The notes under the pieces were generated by a model that did no database searches, was not told the DNA's origin, and saw only the letters and a program-made list of their open reading frames with translations. A stretch of 64,000 nt of DNA, taken from NCBI GenBank assembly GCA_964011675.1, contig CAXGPR010000007.1, positions 4,126 to 68,125 on the forward strand. Direction: 5' to 3'. Positions 36,953-47,878 of the stretch are shown in pieces (position 1 is the first letter of the stretch; each line of letters opens with the position of its first letter). The translations under genes and the position numbers were made by a program. This DNA comes from an uncultured bacterium (GTDB lineage Bacteria > Latescibacterota > UBA2968 > UBA8231).

Positions 36953-38302
36953 TCAGTCAATCCTTTTCATCTCACAAACAACTTCACAGTGAGGCGTCTG
37001 AGGAAACATGTCAACGGGCTGCACTCGGCCTATGCCATAGCCATAATCCTTCAAGACATACGCATTTTCAGCTAGCGTCTGTGGATTACATGATACATAT
37101 AGGATGCGGGGTGACTGCATTTGTCCTAGTGCTGAAAGCACATTCTTATGAAGACCTGGCCGAGGCGGATCAACGACGACCAAGTTAAAATATCTCTCTC
37201 GGATTAAAATGAGTTCTTCCTCAGCTTTTCCAACAATGAACGAACAGTTCTCGATTCCATTCCGCTCTGCGTTTAACCGAGCATCTACGACGGCTTCTTC
37301 AACTATTTCTATCCCCAAGACATACTCAGCACGATCAGCCAAGTGCAAACTTATGGACCCAGTACCGCAGTATAGATCTAACGTCTTCCCTATTCCTTCT
37401 CCAGCCCAATCAGCAATTAAACTATACAAGCTTTCCGCCTGAAGTGAATTGGTCTGAAAAAATGACTGAGGAGAAATATCAAAACGAATAGATCCACATG
37501 ATTCCTCTATCGCCCCTTCACCCCAGAGAACAAACTCTTTTTCCCCTTTAGCAACCTGCGCCTTTCCTGTATGCAGGGTAATTATTAAAGAATCTATTTC
37601 TGAAATTTCTTGCCTTAGGCGATTTGCCAGTATTTCAACTCCCTCCTCCGGATAATTTGAAACGACCAGATTAACCAGCACTTGATTACTTTCCTTGGCT
37701 TCTCGTATTACTAGAAATCGAAGTAGGCCACTGTGAGTTTTTAGATTATACGCACTCAGATCCAGTTCATTGGCTATTCTCCGTACATTTTCCACAATCT
37801 TATTTGATAGTGGGGATTGTAAGTGACACGATTCAACATCAAAAATTCGATTGAACTTGCCTCTCATATGTAGACCCAGTTGTATATTTCCATCGCGATC
37901 ACAACCAAACGAGTACTCCATTTTATTGCGGTAGAAGAAAGGAGCGTGACTCGGAATTGTTGGTCTTACTTCAACGTCATGGAAACCGTATTTTTGTAGC
38001 GCATTCCGAACCATGCGCCCTTTTAACAACAGTTGGTCTTCATAAGATAAATCCTGCCAGCGACATCCACCACATAGACCAAAATGAGTACACTGAGCTT
38101 CTTTGCGTGGCATTCCGTGGTCGATATAGTCCGTGATTTCAACATCAACTCGCCCTCGTCTTTTTTTTATAACCCTGCCTTTAATCTTATCGCCGGGAAC
38201 AGCTCGACGGACAATAATATCTCGCTCATCAACAATACCACGCCCATCTCCTCTATGATCTAAATCAATAATGTCAACTTCTATTTCATCACCGCGTTTC
38301 AT
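36953..38302 (-). CDS. rlmD: 23S rRNA (uracil-C5)-methyltransferase RlmD/RumA (TRAM domain, 4Fe-4S cluster and SAM-dependent methyltransferase domains)
   Basis: N-terminal TRAM (EIEVDIIDLDHRGDGRG). Cys cluster (CTHFGLCGGCRWQ). SAM motif (LDLYCGTGSISLHLA). C-terminal catalytic Cys region. Confidence 0.8.
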   Translation of the reverse strand: MKRGDEIEVDIIDLDHRGDGRGIVDERDIIVRRAVPGDKIKGRVIKKRRGRVDVEITDYIDHGMPRKEAQCTHFGLCGGCRWQDLSYEDQLLLKGRMVRNALQKYGFHDVEVRPTIPSHAPFFYRNKMEYSFGCDRDGNIQLGLHMRGKFNRIFDVESCHLQSPLSNKIVENVRRIANELDLSAYNLKTHSGLLRFLVIREAKESNQVLVNLVVSNYPEEGVEILANRLRQEISEIDSLIITLHTGKAQVAKGEKEFVLWGEGAIEESCGSIRFDISPQSFFQTNSLQAESLYSLIADWAGEGIGKTLDLYCGTGSISLHLADRAEYVLGIEIVEEAVVDARLNAERNGIENCSFIVGKAEEELILIRERYFNLVVVDPPRPGLHKNVLSALGQMQSPRILYVSCNPQTLAENAYVLKDYGYGIGRVQPVDMFPQTPHCEVVCEMKRID

Positions 38303-38336
38303 CGCCCAATTCTCACCATATGACTATAAACAAAAT

Positions 38337-38367
38337 AAACGGGGCGAGAATTACTCTCGCCCCGTTT
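38337..38367 (-). terminator. Intrinsic terminator ending the ribosomal super-operon downstream of rplQ
   Basis: Perfect hairpin aaacggggcgaga-attac-tctcgccccgttt. On the minus strand it is followed by a T-rich tract (tattttgtttat). Confidence 0.6.
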
Positions 38368-38394
38368 ATACCTAATATAAAATGTAGATCTGAA

Positions 38395-38814
38395 TTATTC
38401 TTCTGTAGCACCTTCCGTTGCGACAGTTTCTTCTTCAGTAGACGTAACCGCCGCCCCCGGTCGATCCACTAACTCGATGATACTCATAAATGTACCATCA
38501 CCGCGACGTGGCCCCAACTTAACTATTCGAGTGTATCCCCCACTGCGACTTTTATAACGGGGTCCTAATTCATCAAAAAGCTTAGAGACAACCTGTTTGT
38601 CCGCAACGAACCGTAGCACCTGACGGCGCGCGTGCAGGTCACCCCGCTTGGCAAAGGTGATCATACGCTCTGCCGAGCGGCGAAGTTCTTTAGCACGCGT
38701 GTGCGTTGTCGTAATTTTTTCCTCAGACAAAAGCGACGTAACCATGTTGGACATCATAGCTTTTCTATGAGAAGGGTTACGACCGAGCTTTGCTATTTTC
38801 TTTCCATGTCTCAT
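38395..38814 (-). CDS. rplQ: 50S ribosomal protein L17
   Basis: [24 protein letters not shown]... is the canonical L17 N-terminus. Confidence 0.95.
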   Translation of the reverse strand: MRHGKKIAKLGRNPSHRKAMMSNMVTSLLSEEKITTTHTRAKELRRSAERMITFAKRGDLHARRQVLRFVADKQVVSKLFDELGPRYKSRSGGYTRIVKLGPRRGDGTFMSIIELVDRPGAAVTSTEEETVATEGATEE

Positions 38815-38835
38815 CTTTTATCTCTCAACTTACGC

Positions 38836-39852
38836 TTAAAATTCCTCAGACAGCGGACTGACGGCATCTTCGTCAATTTCTACGTTCTCGTACGGTGACA
38901 GGTCCATACCCCAATTTAGTTTGAGAGTATCAAGTATCTCACCCAATTCATTGAGAGATTTCCGACCGAAATTACGGTACTTCAGCATCTCGGCCTCACT
39001 GCGCCCCACTAGTTCGCGCAGGTGTGTTATACCTGCAGCCCGTAAACAGTTTGCCGAGCGCACAGAAAGTTCTAGCTCCTCAACGGGCATGGCTAGTAGT
39101 CGAGCAACACGCTTCGTCTCTTCGTCTACTTCCATCTCCTCAACTTCTTCAGTGTCTTCCTCAAAGTTGATTAAGAGACTCAAATGTTCCATCATAATCT
39201 TAGCAGCTTGTGCCAACGCATCTTCGGGATTAACCGAGCCATCAGTCCATACTTCTAAGCTAAGACGGTCGTAATCTGTACGACGACCAACTCGTGCATT
39301 TTCCGTATCATATTTCACGTTAGTCACAGGAGAAAAGGAACTGTCGATGGGCACCGAACCAATAGGCTGATCGGGAACTTTGTTTTCTTCGGCAAAGCTG
39401 TAACCACGCCCTTGACCCACGGTCAGTTCCATTGTCAGTGTAGAACCTTCATCCAGCGTTGCGATGTGAAGTTCAGGGTTCAAGACCTGAACATTCGGGT
39501 CGACCGCCAAATCACCAGCAGTCAACACACCAGCCCCCGTCTTTTCTACCTTGAGCACCCGATCTTCGTTACCGACGTATCTCAACGCGACTTCTTTAAG
39601 GTTGAGAACGATTTCTGGAACGTCTTCTCGCACGCCTTCAACAACTGAAAACTCGTGCTGAACACCTTGAACATTGACTTGCGTAATTGCAGCGCCCCGG
39701 ATGGATGAAAGCAATATACGACGCAGGGAATGACCAAGCGTAACGCCAAAACCCCTTTCCAACGGCTGCACAACAAATTTGCCGTAAGTGTCATTCAAGC
39801 TTTCTTTTTCTATTTCCACCAGTTTCGGCATCTGGAGACCTTCTAACTTCAT
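38836..39852 (-). CDS. rpoA: DNA-directed RNA polymerase subunit alpha
   Basis: 338 aa. N-terminal dimerisation domain and C-terminal domain motifs (LSVRSANCLRAAGI). Operon position after rpsD. Confidence 0.95.
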   Translation of the reverse strand: MKLEGLQMPKLVEIEKESLNDTYGKFVVQPLERGFGVTLGHSLRRILLSSIRGAAITQVNVQGVQHEFSVVEGVREDVPEIVLNLKEVALRYVGNEDRVLKVEKTGAGVLTAGDLAVDPNVQVLNPELHIATLDEGSTLTMELTVGQGRGYSFAEENKVPDQPIGSVPIDSSFSPVTNVKYDTENARVGRRTDYDRLSLEVWTDGSVNPEDALAQAAKIMMEHLSLLINFEEDTEEVEEMEVDEETKRVARLLAMPVEELELSVRSANCLRAAGITHLRELVGRSEAEMLKYRNFGRKSLNELGEILDTLKLNWGMDLSPYENVEIDEDAVSPLSEEF

Positions 39853-40001
39853 ATAGCCTCTTGCTCCCTATAATGAGGAGAGATTTTCTCGAATCTCGAA
39901 ACGATTTAAGTTTAATAATGGAACTCGATAACTAACTGCTTTTCATCGATAGTCAGAGGATGATCGCGACTATTACCAAACACGCCTGCGGGCTTACTCT
40001 A

Positions 40002-40622
40002 TCAACCCCTTTTAGCATAATACTCTATGACACGTGCAATGTCGACTTCTACAGACATGGAGTCTAGCCCTGGATTGCTTATTACAGTTGCTTTACCCTC
40101 TAAATAGTTGCATTCCAACCAGTCGGGTCGAGTCAATCTTAAACTTGTAATTGCTTCTTGTATTACAGGCAACTCCCGACTCTTAGGCTTAGGCCCAATT
40201 ACATCTCCAACACGAACTCGATATGATGCGATGTTGACTCTTTTGCCGTTTACCTGAATATGGCCGTGTGAAACTATCTGCCGAGCAGCAGGAATAGAAC
40301 GAGCAAAACCTGAGCGAAACACCACATTGTCTAAGCGCCTCTCTAAAAGCTCTGCCAGTTTACCACCAGACGCCACATCTGATTTACGAGCCTCTTTAAC
40401 CAAACGTGAGAGGTTCTTCTCCCTAAGACCATAGTTAAATTGAAGCTTCTGTTTCTCTATAAGTTGCACTCCAAAATCCGAAAGCTTACGCCGCGTGACA
40501 CCTTGTCCGTGTTGTCCTGGTTTTGTTTGACGGTGTTCCATGCTCTTACCAGACAAACCCGGCAAGTACGTTCCAAGAGCACGCATTTTCCGGACTTTGG
40601 CTCCAGTATATCTTGACATCAC
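40002..40622 (-). CDS. rpsD: 30S ribosomal protein S4
   Basis: MSRYTGAKVRKMRALG... with an S4 RNA-binding domain. Confidence 0.95.
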   Translation of the reverse strand: MMSRYTGAKVRKMRALGTYLPGLSGKSMEHRQTKPGQHGQGVTRRKLSDFGVQLIEKQKLQFNYGLREKNLSRLVKEARKSDVASGGKLAELLERRLDNVVFRSGFARSIPAARQIVSHGHIQVNGKRVNIASYRVRVGDVIGPKPKSRELPVIQEAITSLRLTRPDWLECNYLEGKATVISNPGLDSMSVEVDIARVIEYYAKRG

Positions 40623-40631
40623 ATAACTCCT

Positions 40632-41021
40632 TTAGACTCGACGGCGTTTGGGCGGACGACAACCATTATGAGGAACCGGAGTAACGTCGCGAATGGCAGA
40701 AATTTCTAAACCCGCATTTTGCAACGCTCGAATTGCGGATTCACGCCCAACTCCAGGTCCTTTAACCCAAACTTCGACGCGACGTAGCCCCATACTCATG
40801 GCTTCTTGAGCGGCCTTCTCTGCAGCAATCTGACCCGCAAAAGGAGTCGACTTACGGCTACCCTTTATGCTCATCTTGCCAGGCGTTGACCAAGAAATGA
40901 CATTACCAGCAGCATCGGTTAGCGTAATAATGGTATTATTGAAGGTAGCTAAAATGTGAGCAACGCCCACAGATTCTACCTGCTTTGACTTCTTGCGTTT
41001 CCTACGTCTTTCAGGTGGCAA
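40632..41021 (-). CDS. rpsK: 30S ribosomal protein S11
   Basis: [18 protein letters not shown]..., canonical S11. Confidence 0.95.
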   Translation of the reverse strand: MPPERRRKRKKSKQVESVGVAHILATFNNTIITLTDAAGNVISWSTPGKMSIKGSRKSTPFAGQIAAEKAAQEAMSMGLRRVEVWVKGPGVGRESAIRALQNAGLEISAIRDVTPVPHNGCRPPKRRRV

Positions 41022-41045
41022 ATGCGTTTTCCTCGTTCTTAACTG

Positions 41046-41423
41046 TTATCTAGGCGCTTTTTTCTTACCGGCAATTGCGCGACGGGGCCCTTTTCGAGTA
41101 CGAGCATTCGTCTTAGTACGCTGCCCATTGGCAGGCAACCCACGACGATGCCTGAGGCCCTTGTAACTTCCGACGTCCATTAGGCGCTTAACATTCATAG
41201 TAACCTCACCGCGCAAACTACCCTCGACCTTGTAATTGGTCTCGATGATCGCGCGCAGGCTATTTAACTGATCTTCTGTCAAAGTACTAATACGCTGTTG
41301 CGGATCAATACCCGCCTGCTCAATAATGCGACTGGCAACGGTCTGACCTATACCAAAAATATAAGTGAGCCCTATCGCGACCCGCTTATCGCGGGGTAAA
41401 TCAACGCCTGCAATACGTGCCAA
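41046..41423 (-). CDS. rpsM: 30S ribosomal protein S13
   Basis: (M)[14 protein letters not shown]...; TTG start. Confidence 0.95.
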   Translation of the reverse strand: MARIAGVDLPRDKRVAIGLTYIFGIGQTVASRIIEQAGIDPQQRISTLTEDQLNSLRAIIETNYKVEGSLRGEVTMNVKRLMDVGSYKGLRHRRGLPANGQRTKTNARTRKGPRRAIAGKKKAPR

Positions 41424-41435
41424 TGTCTGGCCTCC

Positions 41436-41552
41436 TCATCCTTGTCTCTGTTTGTGGCGCGGATTACGCTTGCAAATAACGCGCACAACTCCATTTCGGC
41501 GAATAATTTTACAGTCCGGGCAGCGAATACTAACAGATGCTTTAACTTTCAC
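41436..41552 (-). CDS. rpmJ: 50S ribosomal protein L36 (38 aa, GTG start); not in the supplied ORF track
   Basis: Hand translation of the minus strand: (V/M)[37 protein letters not shown]. Zinc-ribbon C..C..C..H pattern of L36. Located between secY and rpsM. Confidence 0.85.
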   Translation of the reverse strand: MKVKASVSIRCPDCKIIRRNGVVRVICKRNPRHKQRQG

Positions 41553-41578
41553 GATATCACTCCAACAAAAATGCGGGT

Positions 41579-42916
41579 TTAACCCCGACGTCCTTGAATG
41601 CGACCCTTCTTCATAAAACCTTCGTAGTGACGCGTCATCAACTGTGACTCAATCTGTTGCAATGTGTCCAATGCAACACCCACAATGATAAGCAGGCCGG
41701 TTCCACCGAAGAACTGAGCAAAAGAAGGGTGAACGTTGAATTGGCGTATCACAAAAAAAGGAAATATAGCAACAGCTGCGAGCGCAATTGAACCCGGAAG
41801 AGTTATTCTGGTCATAATACCGTCGATGTATTGAGCAGTACGTGGTCCAGGTCGAATACCCGGTATAAAGCCACCGTGTTTCTTCATGTTATCGGCGATT
41901 GAGTTCGGATCCATCACAATCGCAGTGTAAAAGTATGTAAAAAATATGATCATCAAACCATAGATCGTCCAGTAAACCAACGACTCGGTCGAAAACAACC
42001 CGCCAATCCCCTGCAGGAACTCACTGTCTGGAAACAATTGAGTTATAGTACCAGGCAAAAACATTATGGACTGTGCAAATATGATTGGAATCACGTTTGC
42101 TGAGTTTATCTTCAATGGAATATGCGTTGTTTGCCCTCCATATACCCTTCGTCCAACTACGCGCTTAGCATACTGCACCGGAATCTTGCGTATTCCCTGA
42201 GTGGTAAGGATACAGAAAGCCACAATCAGAAACATGAGTCCAATCAGAAAAATTTCCTGAATAGGTCCCTTGTTCAAGTTTATGTTATTGAGGTAGTGCT
42301 GATATTCGTAGCGGATTGCGTTGGGCAACTCGGCAACAATACCAATGAAGATTATGAGAGATATACCATTGCCAATACCTCGCTCGGTAATCTGCTCGCC
42401 CAACCACATTATAAAAATGGTGCCCGTCGTAATCGTAATCATCGTCTCTAGCGTAAAGCCTAGCCCTGGATTCGAAACCGCGGCCAATCCGGAAGCCGGA
42501 CCCCGTATAGTCTCAAGAAAGTAACTGACACCATAGGCCTGCGCTGCAGCGAGGAAGACTGTTCCATAGCGCGTATACTGAGTAATCTTCTTCTTTCCCT
42601 CTTCCCCTTCGCGCTGTAGCTTTTGGAAAAAAGGAATAACGGCACCCAACAGCTGCAAAATAATAGAGGCGCTTATGTAGGGCATTATGCCCAACGCAAA
42701 AATAGTAGCTCGGGTAAAAGCGCCACCGACAAACATATCGTACAAACCGAACAAAGTGTTACCAGAATTACTAAAAAATTCTTGTACGACCCTCACTTCT
42801 ACTCCTGGAACTGTGATTTGGCCACCAATACGGTAGACAATCAACAAACCCAAAGTGAACAGAATTCGCGTTCGAAGTTCTGGAATTTTAAAGCAATTTT
42901 GAAAGCTCTGGAGCAT
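41579..42916 (-). CDS. secY: Preprotein translocase subunit SecY
   Basis: 445 aa, 10 TM. Conserved SecY motifs ([27 protein letters not shown]). Confidence 0.95.
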   Translation of the reverse strand: MLQSFQNCFKIPELRTRILFTLGLLIVYRIGGQITVPGVEVRVVQEFFSNSGNTLFGLYDMFVGGAFTRATIFALGIMPYISASIILQLLGAVIPFFQKLQREGEEGKKKITQYTRYGTVFLAAAQAYGVSYFLETIRGPASGLAAVSNPGLGFTLETMITITTGTIFIMWLGEQITERGIGNGISLIIFIGIVAELPNAIRYEYQHYLNNINLNKGPIQEIFLIGLMFLIVAFCILTTQGIRKIPVQYAKRVVGRRVYGGQTTHIPLKINSANVIPIIFAQSIMFLPGTITQLFPDSEFLQGIGGLFSTESLVYWTIYGLMIIFFTYFYTAIVMDPNSIADNMKKHGGFIPGIRPGPRTAQYIDGIMTRITLPGSIALAAVAIFPFFVIRQFNVHPSFAQFFGGTGLLIIVGVALDTLQQIESQLMTRHYEGFMKKGRIQGRRG

Positions 42917-42923
42917 TAGGTCC

Positions 42924-43373
42924 TCAGATTACCTCGGCTTGGCCGCCGGCTTTTTCTATTTTCTCTCGCGCGCTCTTTGAAAAGTGTTGTGCTTTAACCG
43001 TAACGCTACGACTCAACTCACCATCACCAAGAATTTTAACAGGTTGCTTGTCCGAACGCACTAATCCGGCTGCGAGCAACGCTTCTAAACCCACTTCACC
43101 TTCCAAGCCACACGATTCAATATCACCGATATTAACAGTCTGATATACAACCCTAAAGTTGTGATTAGAAAAGCCGATCTTAGGCACATGACGAAAGTAA
43201 CCTAGCGTACCACCAATAAAACCTATACGGTTACCGCGACGCGCACCGGAACGCGCACGTTGCCCCTTGTGCCCCTTACCTGCCGTTTTACCTGTTCCCG
43301 AACCTGGCCCCTGCCCCAAACGCTTGCGATTGCGACGGGATCCTTTCGGACATTTAATTTCCCCTAAACGCAT
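42924..43373 (-). CDS. rplO: 50S ribosomal protein L15
   Basis: MRLGEIKCPKGSRRNRKRLGQGPGSGTGKTAGKGHKGQ... Confidence 0.95.
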   Translation of the reverse strand: MRLGEIKCPKGSRRNRKRLGQGPGSGTGKTAGKGHKGQRARSGARRGNRIGFIGGTLGYFRHVPKIGFSNHNFRVVYQTVNIGDIESCGLEGEVGLEALLAAGLVRSDKQPVKILGDGELSRSVTVKAQHFSKSAREKIEKAGGQAEVI

Positions 43374-43390
43374 TTTAGCTTACCTCCTGG

Positions 43391-43576
43391 TTAAGCATCT
43401 TGCTCATGCACATCAACCAAGTGCTTGACCTTTTGAATCATGCCGCGGATCTGCGGCGTATCTTCATGCACAACCTGCTGGTAGAGGCGCTTAAAACCCA
43501 ACGCTTCGATGGTATCCTTCTGATTTTGTGCTCTGCCGATAGCGCTGCGGCGCTGCGTTATGACTAACTTCATCAA
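43391..43576 (-). CDS. rpmD: 50S ribosomal protein L30
   Basis: [28 protein letters not shown]... Confidence 0.9.
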   Translation of the reverse strand: MMKLVITQRRSAIGRAQNQKDTIEALGFKRLYQQVVHEDTPQIRGMIQKVKHLVDVHEQDA

Positions 43577-43587
43577 CTTATTTTCTC

Positions 43588-44094
43588 CTAACCGCGCAAG
43601 ACTTCCATAGGCACACCACGCAAACGCGCAGTAGACTCTGCATCCCGCAGTTCACTCAGTGCAGCGAGCGTTGCCTTAACGGCATTCTGAGGATTGGTCG
43701 AACCCAATGATTTTGTGAGAATATCGTGGACACCGGCTAGTTCAAGTACAATTCTAATACCACCGCTTGCAATAACACCAGTGCCTGGAGTAGCAGGCTT
43801 GAACAGGATCTGAGCCGCGCCAAAACGCCCTTTAATTTCGTGCGGGATAGTGCCGTTAACAACGGGCACCTGAATCATATTTTTCTTCGCCGCTTCAGTC
43901 CCCTTACGAATTGCCTCGGAAATCTCACCAGCCTTACCTGAGCCGGCGCCGACGCGCCCGTTTCGGTCACCGACTACTACCATCGCATTGAAACTAAAGC
44001 GACGTCCACCCTTGCGCACATGCGAAACACGCTTGATGCTGTTCTGGACTACAACTTCGCTAAATTCCATGCTTTTGGGGTCTACTTTCGCCAC
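43588..44094 (-). CDS. rpsE: 30S ribosomal protein S5
   Basis: [21 protein letters not shown]... [12 protein letters not shown]... Confidence 0.95.
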   Translation of the reverse strand: MAKVDPKSMEFSEVVVQNSIKRVSHVRKGGRRFSFNAMVVVGDRNGRVGAGSGKAGEISEAIRKGTEAAKKNMIQVPVVNGTIPHEIKGRFGAAQILFKPATPGTGVIASGGIRIVLELAGVHDILTKSLGSTNPQNAVKATLAALSELRDAESTARLRGVPMEVLRG

Positions 44095-44109
44095 AGAAGT
44101 AACTCTCCT

Positions 44110-44484
44110 CTAGAAATTCAGCCCGCCCTCGCGAGCACCGTCGGCGACGGCTTTAACGATACCATGATATAGATAGCCTCCGCGATCGAAGACCACTTTT
44201 TCGATACCCTTTTCCTTGGCTTTCCCAGCTACAATCTTCCCAACTTCTGCTCCCTGCTCCACTCGACTAGCAAAGGAACGATCCCGTAATTCTTTGCTCT
44301 GCGTCGAAAAACCAAACAATGAATGACCTGAAACGTCGTCAACCAGTTGAACCTCAATGTGTTTCAGAGACCGATGTACGACAAGGCGCGGACGATCTGA
44401 CGTCCCTGACACAATCTTGCGCAAACGATGCCGGCGCCGCTGAATCCGGGCACGGTTCTTACTAAGGTGTTTCTTATCCTTCAT
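44110..44484 (-). CDS. rplR: 50S ribosomal protein L18
   Basis: RPRLVVHRSLKHIEVQLVDD... FDRGGYLYHGIVKAVADGAREGGLNF. Confidence 0.95.
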   Translation of the reverse strand: MKDKKHLSKNRARIQRRRHRLRKIVSGTSDRPRLVVHRSLKHIEVQLVDDVSGHSLFGFSTQSKELRDRSFASRVEQGAEVGKIVAGKAKEKGIEKVVFDRGGYLYHGIVKAVADGAREGGLNF

Positions 44485-44486
44485 GA

Positions 44487-45044
44487 TTAACCCGCTGCGG
44501 TTTTGCCTTGTTTCCAGTGAATGACTTCATCTTCGTAACGGATTCCTTTGCCCTTATAAGGTTCGGGTTTGCGCTTTTGGCGAATATCTGCGGCAACCTG
44601 TCCTACAACTTGCTTATCTATGCCACTCACGGTTATTCTAGCCTGCGATCCACCCTCTCCATTACCGACCTCGATATTAATCCCTTCCGGCGCATCATAA
44701 ACGACAGGGTGTGAGTAACCAACGTTCAAAGTGAGCTTGCGCCCCTGCGCCTCTGCTCTCCAACCCACGCCGAAAAGGTCCAAATTTTTGCTAAACCCTT
44801 CGGTCACTCCGTCAACCGCATTTGCGATAAGGGTGCGTGTTAGACCATGTAAGGAACGAGCACCTTTTTCTTGGCTACCACACGTGACATGTACGGTATC
44901 ACCTTCCAAGTTTATACCTATATGTTCGTCAACAAATGGTACGGTGAGTACCCCTTTAGGACCTTTCACAGCAACATGTGAACCGTCGACTTTTACATCA
45001 ACTCCCTGCGGCAATGCGATCGGTGTTTTTCCTATGCGAGACAA
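44487..45044 (-). CDS. rplF: 50S ribosomal protein L6
   Basis: MSRIGKTPIALPQGVDVKVDG..., two L6 domains. Confidence 0.95.
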   Translation of the reverse strand: MSRIGKTPIALPQGVDVKVDGSHVAVKGPKGVLTVPFVDEHIGINLEGDTVHVTCGSQEKGARSLHGLTRTLIANAVDGVTEGFSKNLDLFGVGWRAEAQGRKLTLNVGYSHPVVYDAPEGINIEVGNGEGGSQARITVSGIDKQVVGQVAADIRQKRKPEPYKGKGIRYEDEVIHWKQGKTAAG

Positions 45045-45062
45045 CGTATTCCTCTCCTCAAT

Positions 45063-45461
45063 CTACCAGACGCTACAGAGAATCTCACCGCCGATACCAG
45101 CTTTGCGAGCTTCTCGGTCCGTCATGACGCCTTGTGACGTTGAGACAATTGCGATGCCCAGACCACGACGAACACGCGGGACATTAGAATTGCCAGAATA
45201 TTGGCGCAATCCAGGGCGACTAATGCGTTTAATTCCCTGAATCAAGCTCTTTTTGTTACTATCATAGCGAAGATAAAGACGCAAAACGCCCTGTTTTTCG
45301 TCTTCGATGAAAGCAAAGTTATCGATGAAACGAGTTTCGGCCAAAACGCGAGCAATTTCTCTCTTTAGTTTAGATGCAGGAATGTCAACGCGCTCATGCT
45401 TCGCCCGACTAGCGTTACGCAACCGCGTCAACATATCTGCTACTGGATCGGTCATACTCAT
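45063..45461 (-). CDS. rpsH: 30S ribosomal protein S8
   Basis: MSMTDPVADMLTRLRNA... Confidence 0.95.
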   Translation of the reverse strand: MSMTDPVADMLTRLRNASRAKHERVDIPASKLKREIARVLAETRFIDNFAFIEDEKQGVLRLYLRYDSNKKSLIQGIKRISRPGLRQYSGNSNVPRVRRGLGIAIVSTSQGVMTDREARKAGIGGEILCSVW

Positions 45462-45473
45462 ATGATTCTCTCC

Positions 45474-45659
45474 CTACCAGCTGGCTTTAGTGACGCCGGG
45501 AATTTCGCCCCGCAAGGCGAGCTCACGGAAACAAATACGACAGAGACCAAACTTGCGATAATAACCTCTCGGCCTGCCACAACGCTGACAACGATTATAC
45601 TTGCGTGAGCTAAACTTTGGCGTGCGACGCGCTTTGGCTATCATAGACTTTTTAGGCAT
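45474..45659 (-). CDS. rpsZ: 30S ribosomal protein S14 type Z (zinc-binding, 61 aa)
   Basis: [23 protein letters not shown] is the C4 zinc-ribbon short form of S14. Confidence 0.92.
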   Translation of the reverse strand: MPKKSMIAKARRTPKFSSRKYNRCQRCGRPRGYYRKFGLCRICFRELALRGEIPGVTKASW

Positions 45660-45677
45660 TCACCAATTCTCCCAACA

Positions 45678-46223
45678 TTAATTGCCGAAGGGCATGCCGA
45701 ACGACTTCAGCAATTCACGCCCCTCTTCATCGGTCTGAGCCGAAGTAACGATTGTTATATTCATCCCACGAATATGATCAATTCTGTCGAAATCGATTTC
45801 GGGAAATATAATCTGCTCTTTGATTCCTAAGTTGTAGTTACCACGACCATCGAAACTTTTGGTGGGTACGCCACGAAAATCTCGCACTTGCGGAAGAGCA
45901 AGCGTTATCAACCTGTCGAGAAACTCATACATCCGATTACCTCGTAAAGTAACCATACATCCAATGGGCACTCCTTCACGAAGCTTGAAATTTGAAATGG
46001 CCTTCTTGGCATGGCGCAGCGCAGGTTTTTGTCCTGCTATAGCTGTCATCTCACTAACCGCATTCTCAAGAGCTTTAGGTTCACCTACAGACTCACCAAC
46101 TCCCATGTTAATTACAACTTTGTCGACTGTGGGCACCTGCATAACGTTGCTGTAAGAAAAGCTTTCTAACAACTGCGACTTAATTTCTTTTTTGTATAAT
46201 GCTTTTAATCTGGGCTCGCTCAT
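45678..46223 (-). CDS. rplE: 50S ribosomal protein L5
   Basis: [14 protein letters not shown]...[17 protein letters not shown]... Confidence 0.95.
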   Translation of the reverse strand: MSEPRLKALYKKEIKSQLLESFSYSNVMQVPTVDKVVINMGVGESVGEPKALENAVSEMTAIAGQKPALRHAKKAISNFKLREGVPIGCMVTLRGNRMYEFLDRLITLALPQVRDFRGVPTKSFDGRGNYNLGIKEQIIFPEIDFDRIDHIRGMNITIVTSAQTDEEGRELLKSFGMPFGN

Positions 46224-46234
46224 GACGGCTCTTT

Positions 46235-46552
46235 CTACTGCGAATCAATCATCTCGCCACTACGGGCAGAGACGCGTACGTTTTTTCCATTATCGAGCTT
46301 CTTATGACGAATCCGCGTGGGCAGATCAGTCTTGGGACACACTACCATCACATTTGAGAGGTGAATCGGTGCTTCCCGTTCGACGATTCCACCTTGAGGA
46401 TCTCTCGAAGAAGGACGTGAATGATGTTTACGCATGTTAACGCCCTCAACAATGACTCTATTCTTTTCCTTTATCACGGCTAAAACGGTCGAACGGCGCC
46501 CTTTGTCGTTACCGCTCACAACCTGAACCGTATCACCTTTTTTAATATTCAT
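46235..46552 (-). CDS. rplX: 50S ribosomal protein L24
   Basis: [23 protein letters not shown]..., KOW motif. Confidence 0.93.
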   Translation of the reverse strand: MNIKKGDTVQVVSGNDKGRRSTVLAVIKEKNRVIVEGVNMRKHHSRPSSRDPQGGIVEREAPIHLSNVMVVCPKTDLPTRIRHKKLDNGKNVRVSARSGEMIDSQ

Positions 46553-46580
46553 TTATGTCCTCTGTTCACACTGCAGCAGT

Positions 46581-46949
46581 TTAGACAACTTCTGGCGCTA
46601 GCGAAACGATGCGCATGTACTGTTTGTCACGCAATTCTCTCGCAACTGGGCCGAAAATACGGGTCCCACGTGGTTCCTTTTCGTCATTGATCAAAACAGC
46701 TGCGTTCTCATCAAACCGGATGTAAGATCCATCAGGACGACGGTATTCTTTCTTTGTTCGAACAACCACCGCCTTGGCCACTTGGCCCTCCTCTAAAGGA
46801 CCGTTAGGTATCACATTGTGCACTGCAACCACAATGATATCACCAACTGAAGCATAACGCTTGCGAGTGCCACCGAGTACCCGGATGCACTTAGCAGTGC
46901 GCGCCCCAGCATTATCTGCCATCTTAACTATAGTATATTCGTGTATCAT
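46581..46949 (-). CDS. rplN: 50S ribosomal protein L14
   Basis: [17 protein letters not shown]... Confidence 0.95.
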   Translation of the reverse strand: MIHEYTIVKMADNAGARTAKCIRVLGGTRKRYASVGDIIVVAVHNVIPNGPLEEGQVAKAVVVRTKKEYRRPDGSYIRFDENAAVLINDEKEPRGTRIFGPVARELRDKQYMRIVSLAPEVV

Positions 46950-47219
46950 TTATTCCTGATCCGCGTTCCGCTCCATGATTTCAATCAGACGCCAACGCTT
47001 GGTCCGACTCATGGGACGACATTCTTCAATCCGAACTAAATCTCCAACATTCGACTCATTTTGTTCATCGTGAGCGACGAACTTAGCAGTGCGACGGATG
47101 ACACGTCCATATAAGGGGTGAGCAATACGCTGCTCCACTGCAATCACGCGCGTTTTCAAATTACTTGCTTTTAAAACCCGCCCCTCTGCGGTACGGCGTT
47201 CTATTGTTTTTTCGGACAT
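46950..47219 (-). CDS. rpsQ: 30S ribosomal protein S17
   Basis: [40 protein letters not shown]. Confidence 0.93.
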   Translation of the reverse strand: MSEKTIERRTAEGRVLKASNLKTRVIAVEQRIAHPLYGRVIRRTAKFVAHDEQNESNVGDLVRIEECRPMSRTKRWRLIEIMERNADQE

Positions 47220-47222
47220 TGC

Positions 47223-47441
47223 TTACGACTCTCCCCCGGGCAGGCTTTGCTGCTGTAAATCGCGCTCGCGCATCAGCGTACGAACACGCGCAATATCGCG
47301 TCGAACCTGACGCAGGCGTATTGGGCTGGTCAACTGGCCGGAGACGTGCTGGAAACGCAGATTAAACGCTTCTTCTTCGAGCTCTTCCAGTTTGATCTTT
47401 GCATCTTCCGCGTTTAAGCCACGCAGTTCACTAGCCTTCAT
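47223..47441 (-). CDS. rpmC: 50S ribosomal protein L29
   Basis: MKASELRGLNAEDAKIKLEELEEEAFNLRFQ... Confidence 0.9.
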   Translation of the reverse strand: MKASELRGLNAEDAKIKLEELEEEAFNLRFQHVSGQLTSPIRLRQVRRDIARVRTLMRERDLQQQSLPGGES

Positions 47442-47443
47442 AA

Positions 47444-47854
47444 CTATGCCACCCGCTCTACGAATTTGGTTTTAATGGGCAACTTGTGACCCGCTTTTCG
47501 GAAAGCTTCCTTCGCCAATTCAACTGGCACACCAGAAAGCTCAAACATTACGCGACCGGGCTTGACTACGGCAACCCAACCTTCGGGTGCACCTTTTCCC
47601 TTACCCATGCGTGTTTCAGCCGGCTTCTTTGTAATAGGTTTGTCAGGAAAAACGCGGATCCACATCTTTCCGGTCCTACTCATGGTCCTACTGATTGTGA
47701 CACGAACGGCCTCGATTTGCCGACTTGTTATCCACCCCGGCTCAAGCGCCTTCAAGCCGTACTCGCCAAAGGAAACCATATCGCCTCCCTTGGTCTGGCC
47801 GCGCATGCGGCCTCGAGACTGCTTTCTCCATTTTGCTTTTTTGGGCATTAACAT
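47444..47854 (-). CDS. rplP: 50S ribosomal protein L16
   Basis: [24 protein letters not shown]... [12 protein letters not shown]. Confidence 0.95.
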   Translation of the reverse strand: MLMPKKAKWRKQSRGRMRGQTKGGDMVSFGEYGLKALEPGWITSRQIEAVRVTISRTMSRTGKMWIRVFPDKPITKKPAETRMGKGKGAPEGWVAVVKPGRVMFELSGVPVELAKEAFRKAGHKLPIKTKFVERVA

Positions 47855-47878
47855 GGTAAAAGATCCCTTTAATTCTCT

